NCBI GenBank assembly: GCA_963739455.1
Contig: CAVUAK010000001.1
Coordinates: forward strand, 1,280,001-1,344,000
Direction of reading: 5' to 3'
Origin: an uncultured Gemmatimonadales bacterium
GTDB taxonomy: Bacteria; Gemmatimonadota; Gemmatimonadetes; Gemmatimonadales; GWC2-71-9
DNA: 64,000 nucleotides
Every line of letters begins with the position of its first letter. The first letter of the stretch is position 1. The translations under genes and the position numbers were made by a program. The notes below the pieces were generated by a model. That model did no database searches. It saw only the letters and a list, made by a program, of their open reading frames with translations, and was not told the DNA's origin. This document shows positions 47,686 to 56,952 of this stretch, piece by piece.

Positions 47686-49610
47686 CAGATGAGGTGAGTC
47701 AATCCGGCAGTACGAAGCAGCCGCGCGTACCGGGCATCGACGGCAAGCCCCTTCCGGTTGTACGGCAGGTCCATGAGCACCCGCCGCATCCGGCCCGGCC
47801 GCCGGTGATATCCCTGTTCCAGCCAGTCCATCGCGCGGTTCCACTCGCCCAGCTCCGCCAGCACGATGATGAGCTTGTCGGACAGCTGCCTGCTTCCGGC
47901 CGCGTCCTGGAAGGGATCTTCCAGTTGCGCCTTCTCCAGCAGCTGCTGCAACTCCTGCCTCAGGTCGGCCTCGCGCGCCGCGGGCCAGCCCTGACGGTCG
48001 TTCGCCTCGGTCAGCGCCTGCAGGCGGGCCGTCTCACCCCGTACGCCAAGCATTGAGCGTCGCGCATCGAATGCCTCCTCGATGAGGCCGGCACGGTGGC
48101 AGCTCATTTCCAGCCGCTCGAGCGCGGCGTCGTAGTTGGGCGATAACCGGAGCGCCTCGCGCAGTGGCCCGCGCGCCTCGTCGTAGCGGCCGAGCGCCAT
48201 GAGGACGTCGGCCAGGCCCACCGCCATGAATGGTGAGCCGGGCGCCAGCAACGCGGCGGCCCGCATTTCTTCAAGTGCCTCCGGGAGGCGTCCGGCAATC
48301 TTGAGCCAGGCACCATACAGTCGGCGTCCCAGCGGAATGCTGAGGGCTCAGTTCGGCGCCGCGCTGCAGCTCCACACCCGCTACCTCGAACTCATCCTCC
48401 CAGTAAAGAAAGGTGACCCCAAGCGCTGTGTGGACCTCGCCGACGTTGTCATCGGCCGCGAGCGCGCGCAGGCGGAGCGCGTGTGCTTCACGGGAAGCTA
48501 CAGCGAGATCGGTGAAGCCCCTGATGCCGGTGACGTGCACCACGTCTCCCAGCTTTACCAGAATCAGGGCGTTCTCCGGCGCGCGAGCCAGCGCCTTCTC
48601 GAGGTAGATCTTCGCCAGCTCCAGCTTGCCGCGCGCTCCCGGCCCACCGTGAATTCCAGCCTCGAAGAGCGTGTCGCCCTGCTGCACCAATTGGGCGACG
48701 TCGGCCGGAAGGTTCCCGAGCGGTGACACCGGAGCCGGCATATCCACGATCGTGACTGGGGAAGACCCGGAGTCGATCGCCCGCAACTCCTGAAGCAGGA
48801 CCACACCAGTCGCGGGCCGGTCTTCCCTGGCCTTCGCCATCATTCGCTGGATCAGTGCCGCGAGCCGGGGCGGGACATCGGGTCGCTCAGCCGCGCGCAT
48901 CGGGAACCGGAGCCGTCAGGTGCGCCGCAATGGTGGCGGTGGCGCCGCGGCCGCCGTAGGGCGCCTGCCCGGTGAGCAGCTCGAACGCGACGCATCCGAG
49001 GCTGTAGAGGTCTGACCGCCCGTCGATGTCCGCCGTTCCCGCGACCTGCTCCGGGCTGATGTAGTCGAGGGTGCCGATCACCATGCCGGCCTGGGTGAGT
49101 CGCTCCGCTGGAGCGGCAGCCGCGCGAGTGCGCAATGCCGAAATCAGCGAGCAGCGCCCGGTCCTGGTACCAGAAGATGTTCTCCGGCTTGAGGTCACGG
49201 TGCACCACCCCGTTGGCGTGGGCATACGCGAGCGCCTCGGCGAGGTCGGCGATGATGCGCCGTACCTCCGCGGGCGGGAGCGGGCCGATATCCTGCAACC
49301 GTCCACGCAGTGTGCCGCCCTCGATAAGCGGCATGACGAAGTAGAGACAGCCGGCTGCTTCACCGCTGCTGAAGAGGGGTACGATGTTGGGATGAACCAG
49401 GCGCGCGGTGAGGCGGATCTCCTGGGCGAACCGGTCCGGGCCGAGCGCACGTGAGATGGCGGCGGGGAGCAGCTTGATCGCCACCTCGCGCCCGAGCTCG
49501 CGGTCGTGTCCCTTGAGGACGGTGCCCATACCGCCGCGTCCCAGTTCGCCCTCGACCTGGAAGCGCAGGGAGAGGGCGGTGAGGACGTCGGCGGGAAGGT
49601 CGGTCACCAT
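47685..49610 (-). CDS. Ser/Thr protein kinase with C-terminal TPRs (several indels)
   Basis: [23 protein letters not shown] and GT.DYISPEQ, then TPR segments in successive frames. Confidence 0.88.
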
Positions 49611-49671
49611 GGCGACGGAAGTTAGATTGAGGGTGTCAGGTAAGTAATGGTCTCCCACCTGGAGTGACTTC

Positions 49672-51015
49672 GTGAACAGACTACGGCGATTGCTGGTCAC
49701 TGGGGCTGTGGCGCTGGCTGCCGCCAGTTCGGCGAGCGCCCAGCTGAAGCCAGCAACCATTGCCGCAGTGAATGCCGCTGTCGACGCCGACAGCGCGCGG
49801 CTCATCGCGATCTTCAAGGACCTGCACCAGCGTCCCGAACTGGCGTTCACCGAGACGCGCACTGCCGGGATCGTGGCGAAGGAACTGACGGCGCTCGGTT
49901 ATACGGTGACCACCGGCGTCGGAAAGACCGGCGTGGTGGGCGTGCTCAAGAACGGTCCCGGCGCAACGCTCTGGTTCCGCGCCGACATGGATGCCAATGG
50001 CGTGCGAGAGGAAACCGGCCTGCCCTGGGCAGCCACCGAATCGCAGCGCATGGCCGATGGCAGCGAAGTTCCCGTGATGCATGCCTGCGGGCACGACGCG
50101 CACATCACCTGGCTGCTCGGCCTCGCGAAGGCGATGGTGACGCTCAAGTCGAGCTGGTCGGGGACACTGGTGGTGTATGCCCAGCCCGCCGAGGAGATCG
50201 GGATGGGTGCATTGGCGATGGTGAAGGACAGCATCTGGAGCCGCGGCTTCCCGAAGCCCGACTTTGCGCTGAGCAGTCATGCAGTGCCAGGACCGGTTGG
50301 TGTCGTCGCCAATGCCGCGGGTGTTCGCATGGCGGGAACGGACCAGCTCGACATCACCTTCCGCGGTATCGGCGGCCATGGCTCGGCGCCGGAACTGGCG
50401 ATTGATCCGGTGGTGATGGCGGCGCAGGCGGTGCTTGCCTACCAGACGATCATCAGCCGGACGGTCGATCCACAGGCGGCGGCGGTCCTGACCGTCGGGT
50501 CGATTCAGGCCGGGCGCGACAACAATGTCATACCGCAATCGGCGAAGCTGCTGCTCAACCTGCGGTGGCTGACGTCCGACGTGCGCGAGCTGATAATCAA
50601 GCGGATCGACCAGATCGACAGCGGGGTGGCCATCGCGGCGGGTGTGCCGCGCGACCGGATGCCGATTCGGGAGATGAAGGGGACGGCGCCGCCGCTGGTG
50701 AACGACTCGACGCTGGTGGCGAAGGTGAATCCATCGCTCACCGAACTGCTGGGCAAGGGCAGGGTGATCAACAACTTCCCGACGGTGATGGGTTCGGAGG
50801 ATTTCCAGGTGCTGTACGAGCCGATCGGGACGCCGTACGTGTTCCTGCTGATCGGTATCGCACCGATGGAGAAGTTCATGGCGGCGCAGAAGGCAGGGCG
50901 CGCATTTCCCTATGCCAATCACAACCCCGACTTCTTCGTGGATATTCCTGCTATCGCGGTCGGGACGAAGGTGGATGTGGTGGCGGCGCTGGCGCTGTTG
51001 ACGAAGCCGAAGTAA
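49672..51015 (+). CDS. M20D family amidohydrolase (hippuricase-like), exported
   Basis: Signal peptide; RADMDA, MHACGHD, QPAEE, GGHGS, SEDF, NHNP. Confidence 0.92.
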   Translation: MNRLRRLLVTGAVALAAASSASAQLKPATIAAVNAAVDADSARLIAIFKDLHQRPELAFTETRTAGIVAKELTALGYTVTTGVGKTGVVGVLKNGPGATLWFRADMDANGVREETGLPWAATESQRMADGSEVPVMHACGHDAHITWLLGLAKAMVTLKSSWSGTLVVYAQPAEEIGMGALAMVKDSIWSRGFPKPDFALSSHAVPGPVGVVANAAGVRMAGTDQLDITFRGIGGHGSAPELAIDPVVMAAQAVLAYQTIISRTVDPQAAAVLTVGSIQAGRDNNVIPQSAKLLLNLRWLTSDVRELIIKRIDQIDSGVAIAAGVPRDRMPIREMKGTAPPLVNDSTLVAKVNPSLTELLGKGRVINNFPTVMGSEDFQVLYEPIGTPYVFLLIGIAPMEKFMAAQKAGRAFPYANHNPDFFVDIPAIAVGTKVDVVAALALLTKPK

Positions 51016-51225
51016 CCCGGCGCATGTATGCGCGCAGCACGGCATTCATGCGCGTTTGGTAGTGAGGACCCTGCTGCCGGTACCAAGCGAGGACCTCGCG
51101 GTCGACGCGGAGGGAAATTGCAATTTTCTTGCGCGTATCCTGCGCTGGCGTGGCGCTCTCGTGGCGCTTCTGGATGCGAGCGAGATTGGCGCGCCGCTCG
51201 CCGGAGAGACCACCCCATCTCTCAT
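51012..51225 (-). pseudogene. Orphan BrnA (DUF4415) antitoxin, partial or frameshifted
   Basis: KKIAISLRVDREVLAWYRQQGPHYQTRMNAVLRAYM is the BrnA RHH signature. No clean start or stop; no brnT adjacent. Confidence 0.65.
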
Positions 51226-51248
51226 CAGGTGGTGCCCAAAAACGCGCG

Positions 51249-53006
51249 TTACTTCGCCTGAACCGCCCCGATGACGTACTCCGGCACCAGCTCATCCCGG
51301 AACTTCCGCCACACCCGATAGCGGTTGTAGTTCCCCGCGTTGAACGCCACCACGATGTCGAGTTCCGGGAGCACGATCATCAGCTGGCCGCCGTTGCCGC
51401 TCGCGTCGTACTCGCGATACGCCTTCCCGTTGTGCATCAGGGTGTGAAGGTGCCAGGCATAGCCATCGTGTGAGCTGTCGGGTGCGGTGGCATGAGGCAT
51501 GGTGGACTGTTCCACCCACTTGCGGCTCACCACTCTCGTTCCATGCCAGGTACCGCCATTCAGGTACATCTGTCCGAGCTTGAGGAAGTCGCGCGGGAGG
51601 AGATACAGCCCGCCGCCGGCGTAGGCACGGCCATCGGGCATGAGGTTCATGTGCCAGATGCCCATCTGCATCGGCCACGAGATGTTCTGGTAGAAGAAGT
51701 CGAGCAATGACATGCCTGAAGTCTGCGCCACGACAGCACCGGCGAGGTTGATCGTCGCGGAGCAGTAGGCGTAGGTGCTGCCTGGCTCGTTCGCCATCGG
51801 GAGGCCCAGGGTAAAGCCGTACCAGTCGGGCAGCTGGCCGCCCCAGAGCTTCTCCTCGTTGCCGGGAGAGTTGTCGTCGTTGTCGTCGCAGGCCAGGCCG
51901 GAGGTGTGCGTCAGCAGGTTGCCCACGGTGATCTTCGCGCGACGCGGATCGTTGTCGGGCTTCACGGAGTCGAGTACGGAGTACACCGGGGTATCGATGG
52001 TGAACTTCCCCTGGTCGATCGCGATGCCCGCCATCAGCCCGGTAAATGTCTTGCCCGCCGAGCGGAGGTCGTGTGGCTCGTCGGCAGTGAAGCCGAAGAA
52101 GTACTCCTCGAGTACAAGCTTTCCCTTCCGGGCCACCAGCACTGAGTGGATCTGCGGTGCGTCGCGGTCGTTCAGGTCTGCCGCAATGATCCAGCGAACG
52201 AGGTCAGCCAACACGCTATCGCTCATGCCGACGCTGGTCGCAGTCCCCACACTCCATCCATCCACCCTGGGAGCCGGCGCGCGATAGGTGTACGGCGGCT
52301 CGGTCCGGGGACGCGGCGTGTAGCGACGCGCCTGTTCGAGAGTGATCGGCGTGAGGTTGAACGGGGTGCCGAAGTCCATGGTGATCGTGTGCGCTACGGG
52401 ATTGTACGCCTGGTTGAAGCGCACCTTGCCGGTGGCGGGGTCGGTGAGCGCAACGTCGTCGCCCGCGACGGCGACTCGAAACGAGGAAACGCCACCGTTC
52501 CATCCCATCTGCGGGTTGCGGAAGCTGCCGCGCAGCGTGCCGCTGTCTCCCGGCTGGATGTTCAGGTAGATCGACATGCGCTGGTCGAGTGGCACTACCA
52601 CGCCATGAACTACCGGCTGGGGTGACCAGACGATTTCCACTGGAACCGGCGATGCGAACCAACCGAGAGGGCCAGGCGGCTGGGTCCAGAATCCGGCCAG
52701 CGGCCTGCCAACAACCGGCACGCCGGCGTCGAGCCGGCTGCTGTCAGGGAAGGTGAAACGCCAGCCATGCCCGGTCCAGGTCGACGGCACTTCGAGGCCG
52801 CCGATCTTCGCGATCCAGGTGGTGGGTCCGGTAGCGGGAATGACGATCGGTCCGCGGAGGTCAGGGCCGAAGACGGTGTCGATGCCCCAGAGTCCAATGA
52901 GGGCAGAGCCTGACTGTTGCGCGGGGAGGGGAGAAGCGGCGAGCAGGAGGCAGCAGGCGATTCCGCTTATGGCTCCCACACCGGCGGGCGTTCCAGGATT
53001 CGCCAA
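51249..53006 (-). CDS. Serine hydrolase, beta-lactamase class C-like, exported
   Basis: LRSAGK (SxxK), LLTHTSGL, YAYCS, ASGNGGQ. Start uncertain. Confidence 0.88.
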   Translation of the reverse strand: MANPGTPAGVGAISGIACCLLLAASPLPAQQSGSALIGLWGIDTVFGPDLRGPIVIPATGPTTWIAKIGGLEVPSTWTGHGWRFTFPDSSRLDAGVPVVGRPLAGFWTQPPGPLGWFASPVPVEIVWSPQPVVHGVVVPLDQRMSIYLNIQPGDSGTLRGSFRNPQMGWNGGVSSFRVAVAGDDVALTDPATGKVRFNQAYNPVAHTITMDFGTPFNLTPITLEQARRYTPRPRTEPPYTYRAPAPRVDGWSVGTATSVGMSDSVLADLVRWIIAADLNDRDAPQIHSVLVARKGKLVLEEYFFGFTADEPHDLRSAGKTFTGLMAGIAIDQGKFTIDTPVYSVLDSVKPDNDPRRAKITVGNLLTHTSGLACDDNDDNSPGNEEKLWGGQLPDWYGFTLGLPMANEPGSTYAYCSATINLAGAVVAQTSGMSLLDFFYQNISWPMQMGIWHMNLMPDGRAYAGGGLYLLPRDFLKLGQMYLNGGTWHGTRVVSRKWVEQSTMPHATAPDSSHDGYAWHLHTLMHNGKAYREYDASGNGGQLMIVLPELDIVVAFNAGNYNRYRVWRKFRDELVPEYVIGAVQAK

Positions 53007-53431
53007 ATCTGTCTCCGGTGAACAGCGAGGTGGAGCTGCCCCGTGCCAATTGCGTGGGACACAGTGCTGCCGGGCCCAAGCCTCGCCAGGCAGGCCCGCA
53101 GCGTGCGAGAGTTCTCATCCCAGAGGCGTCGCACTTCCAGCAGCGATTTGGCACCGTGCGACATCATCCCCGATGACGGTAGCCGCACTGGAATCCGGAG
53201 CCGTCGAAGAAAAGTGAACATCGCCAAGCGATAGCGCTGCGGCAACTCCGGCTCCCGCAGGTTCAGCAGTGCAGCTTGCTCGGCGAGGGCGACGTGCTCG
53301 AGAATCTCGAGTATCGACCACTCGCCGGCACGGTGCCGGAATGAGAGCAGGATCGGGTCGAGGGCATCCATCTCGTCAAGCAGTGCGCGACGTTCCCGGT
53401 CATACGCATCGAGCTTTCTCTCGAGCGCCAT
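52967..53431 (-). CDS. DinB-like (DinB_2) protein
   Basis: WSILEILEHVALAE and H...H.RQI; TACGCT 6 nt before ATG. Confidence 0.65.
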   Translation of the reverse strand: MALERKLDAYDRERRALLDEMDALDPILLSFRHRAGEWSILEILEHVALAEQAALLNLREPELPQRYRLAMFTFLRRLRIPVRLPSSGMMSHGAKSLLEVRRLWDENSRTLRACLARLGPGSTVSHAIGTGQLHLAVHRRQIWRILERPPVWEP

Positions 53432-53504
53432 CGACGGAGCGTAGCTCCCGGTCACCACGGCACGGTTCATTATGAATGTCATGCAGACACGATCGCCACG
53501 GCGG

Positions 53505-54781
53505 TCACGAGCGCGTGAAGCTCGAGCCACCGTGGCGAAACAGCCGACGCTGGAGGGCTATGCGTCGCGGGTGTACCAACCTCGATTCGCGTCGCGGGGG
53601 CGCGCGGAGGGTCACCTGGGTGATCTCCGACCATGCGCCGAGCCGGAAGGGAATGCCCCAGTAGCCAGTGCCGGGATTGATGTAGAGGAGGGCGTTACCC
53701 TCTGCGTGCCCGCCCATCGCGTGCTCCAGGAAGGGCGACGCCATGCTCCACCCGAGCTTCGGGATGGCGAACTGTCCCCAGTGCGTGTGACCGGAGAGCG
53801 TCAGCACCACGCCACGCTGTGCGAGTGCGGGCCAGAGGGCGGGGTTGTGAGCCAGCGCAAGGACAGGAACGCCAGCCGGCACCTGCGCCAGCGTCGCGGC
53901 GATGTCCACACCGCCGTTGGCGGCATCGTCGCCGGCGGCTGGGATCCCCGGATGCCCGCAATCGCGAGCGTTGCCCCTCCGCGCGTAATGGTGCGCGACT
54001 GGTTCACCAGCACGTGGCTTCCCAGCCGTTCCTTGAGGCGTCGCGCGACGTTGTTCCAACCGGCGTAGACGTCGTGATTGCCCGCGATGACGTACACCCC
54101 GAGCGGCGCATCGAGCATTCCCACCGCATCGACATACGGATCAGTGTCCTCGGCGTGATCATCGACCAGGTCGCCAGTGATGGCGATGAGGTCGGGTTCG
54201 AGTGACTGCACGGTGGCAACGATCCGCTCGAACCTTGCCGCGGGAAGGTGCGGCCCGATGTGCAGGTCGGAGAGCTGCACGATGCGGGTGCCGTCGAGTC
54301 CCGCGGGCAGGTTGGCGATTTCGGCGGTGACGTTCCGCACCACCAGGCGCCGCGAGCCGACGTAGCCGGCGAGCAGGAAGATGCCGAGCAGGACGGCGAC
54401 GGTGCCGGCCAGGATGCGACCACCGACAAGGGCAGCGCCGAACGGGGTGCCGATCGCTGCGCCGAGCGCGCCGGCAATGGCCACGAACGGGAGCATCAGC
54501 TGAACGTACCAGAAGGGCCGCATCACCCAGAGGCGATAGGCTGCACCAGGTGCGGCGCCGAAACCGCCCCGAACGAGGAGCAGGAGCAGCGGCAGGATGG
54601 TGAACGCCGCCAGCGCTCCGAGGTAGAGGGGGGCGCCGGGCACGACACCGTACGCCAGCGTGAGAATGGTGCCCCAGGTGGTGACGAAGTAGAGCGCCAG
54701 ATAGGCGTAGGCGCGCGCCGGTACCGGCGGAAAGTTGCGGCGGGGCTTGGTGGCGAGAGCAGGTGCGGTCATGGAGCTCAT
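53505..54781 (-). CDS. Membrane-anchored metallophosphoesterase (YkuE-like), one indel near 53950
   Basis: N-terminal TMs; SDLH, TGD, GNHD, LAHNP, SGHTH.GQ, GTG.WG.P.R. Confidence 0.9.
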
Positions 54782-54792
54782 GATACAATCCT

Positions 54793-54860
54793 TCAAGTAA
54801 ACGGTCGTTGACTTGAGGGACTCTAACAGGTGATCTGGGAATTTGTCAACACGCGTTTAC
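54793..54860. promoter_or_regulatory. Two TetR-type operators GTAAAC-N4-GTTGAC between divergent genes
   Basis: GTAAACGGTCGTTGAC 54797-54812 (extends to TCAA...TTGA) and inverted GTCAACACGCGTTTAC 54845-54860. Confidence 0.7.
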
Positions 54861-54868
54861 TTTGCGGC

Positions 54869-55444
54869 ATGGTGAAGAAGAAGCGGGACGCAGCGACCAC
54901 GCGAGCGGCCATCCTCAAGGCGGCGCGCCAGGCATTCTCCAGCCACGGTTACGACCGGGTCGGGGTGCGGGACATCGCGGCGAAGGCCGGTGTCACGGCG
55001 GCACTGGTCAACCGCTACTTCGGGTCGAAGAAGCAGCTCTTTGCGGAAGCAGTACTGGAGGCCAAGGGGGTGGGAGAGCTGCTGCTGGGCGACCGGGGCA
55101 CGGCGGGAGCGAGGCTCGCGGCCATGATGCTGGACAAGGATCCGCATGGAAAGGACGGGGGCGACCCGTTGATTGCGATCCTGAGGTCGGCGCCTGATCC
55201 GGAGGCGGCGGGCATCGTGCGCGAGTGGCTGCAGAAGGTGATGGTGGGGCCGATCGCGAAGTGGCTGGGGGGCCCCGATGCGGAGACGCGTGCCAGCGTG
55301 ATGGTGTCAACGCTGCTCGGGTTCATCATCCTGCGTCAGGCGATTGCGCTGCCGGGCCTCAGTGCGTCACGGGGCGCTGCCCTGCGGTCGATGATGTCGG
55401 CGGCGCTGCAGTCGCAGATTGACGCGAGCTTGCCTCGCGGCTGA
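54869..55444 (+). CDS. TetR family transcriptional regulator
   Basis: RDAATTRAAIL.AA...F, VRDIA..AGV..ALVNRYFGSK..LF. Confidence 0.92.
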   Translation: MVKKKRDAATTRAAILKAARQAFSSHGYDRVGVRDIAAKAGVTAALVNRYFGSKKQLFAEAVLEAKGVGELLLGDRGTAGARLAAMMLDKDPHGKDGGDPLIAILRSAPDPEAAGIVREWLQKVMVGPIAKWLGGPDAETRASVMVSTLLGFIILRQAIALPGLSASRGAALRSMMSAALQSQIDASLPRG

Positions 55445-56813
55445 ATACCAGGGGAGGCACCGGCACACCGGGCCGGGGCACCCCGACGACCAGCGCCGGA
55501 AGGGTGGAGGTCTCCTCCGCGCCATAGACCAGCGTCCAGGAGCAAAAGGCTTCCTTGGTGCGACTCAGCATGCAGAGCGTGCCGTTGTCCGCCGATATGG
55601 TCGTGGCGTCGAGGGCATCGAGCTGGGGGAGCTGGCGAAGCTCACCAAAAGACCAGCTGGCGATCCCGGCTGGTGTCGTGACGTAGCCTTCCTGCCAGCC
55701 AACATCGAAGAGCGGACCCATGACGCCCGGGATGGTGACCTGAAGCGGGACGCTCGACTGCTGGGTCAGGAGGCCTGGCTCACCCCAGCACCACACCGTG
55801 TCATCCTGTTCAACGCCGCAGGCAGCAGCAAACGAAAGCTCGACCTGCTTGAAGTGATGGTTACCCGACACGCGCACGGGGGTTTCCGACGGGGTCAAGG
55901 TACCGTCGCCCAGCTGGCCCTTCCTGTTGTCATTGCCCCAGCACCATGTCGATCCGTCCTCCTCAATTCCACAGGCGTAGGTGAACGCGACCCCAATGAA
56001 TCCGCCCCCCGCCTCAATGCGGGTGAAGTGCAGGGTGGGCGACACCTGGGTCGCGTGGAACGCTGGTGTGTAGGCGTCGTCCCAGCACCAGGCTGTGAGG
56101 TCTGCGGCACGACCACAGAAGGTGATGCCGCCTCCAGTGAGATGGGTGAGCGGAGGTGCGCCAGTCACTGGCACCCACTGCTGGTCATTCGAGAAGCCGG
56201 TGCACAACGGCACCCCCGATGTCCCAACCACGCAGAGGGCGTCAATGACGGCACTCAACTCGATCGCCTCAACTGTCGCGGGGAACTCGACGAGGTCGCG
56301 CTGGTGCCAGCCATCGGGCACGGGGGCCACGCGGTCGAGTCCATAGCCCCAGCAGGAGAGGCGGGCACCAATGGTTCCGCAGGCGTAGATGCTCCCAGCA
56401 TCGACCTGGTCGAGCGTCAGGGCGTGCGCGCTGGTACCCATAGTGAGCTCGGCGTCCCCGTACCTGGCTGTGAGCTGGTAGTCGCCGGGCAGGCCGCCGG
56501 TGTAGTAGAAGTCGAAGTTGGGTATTCGCGGAAGCGTCCAGCGGACAGTCGCGATTCCGCGGTCGTCGGTGACAGGGTCCGCCGGTTCCACGGTGCCGTC
56601 ACCCGTGAAGGAAACAGTGACACCCCGCTGGGGGTCGCCATCGCGATTCCGGACGCGAAGACTGACTTGCTCGAACAGCTGGCCGGGAAGTGATTGCCCC
56701 GCCGGGAGCTGGATGGCCTGGAAATGGAATGCCGCGCCCGAGGGCTCGGATCCGGAACTGCAGCCTGCCACGGCCAGGACCGGAAGGACGAGCCCAAGGG
56801 AGCGGACGCGCAC
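55359..56813 (-). CDS. Lipoprotein with Ig-like (Big_1) domain and RCC1/BLIP-II repeats
   Basis: Lipobox VAGC; VTDDRGIATVRW; repeated CG....CWG units, WCWGNDNRKGQLGDG. 3' end overlaps tetR, so true stop is uncertain. Confidence 0.8.
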   Translation of the reverse strand: MRVRSLGLVLPVLAVAGCSSGSEPSGAAFHFQAIQLPAGQSLPGQLFEQVSLRVRNRDGDPQRGVTVSFTGDGTVEPADPVTDDRGIATVRWTLPRIPNFDFYYTGGLPGDYQLTARYGDAELTMGTSAHALTLDQVDAGSIYACGTIGARLSCWGYGLDRVAPVPDGWHQRDLVEFPATVEAIELSAVIDALCVVGTSGVPLCTGFSNDQQWVPVTGAPPLTHLTGGGITFCGRAADLTAWCWDDAYTPAFHATQVSPTLHFTRIEAGGGFIGVAFTYACGIEEDGSTWCWGNDNRKGQLGDGTLTPSETPVRVSGNHHFKQVELSFAAACGVEQDDTVWCWGEPGLLTQQSSVPLQVTIPGVMGPLFDVGWQEGYVTTPAGIASWSFGELRQLPQLDALDATTISADNGTLCMLSRTKEAFCSWTLVYGAEETSTLPALVVGVPRPGVPVPPLVFSREASSRQSATAAPPTSSTAGQRPVTH

Positions 56814-56952
56814 GAAACGTCTCCTCTGGTTCTGTTCGGTTATCGCATTGATGGGTCCGCGGCCACGGTCCCGGATTCAATGACGACGAGGGGCGAAACT
56901 CCTGCACACCGGGTTCCGTCTAAGGCCACCACCACCCTTTTCCGGAATCCCG

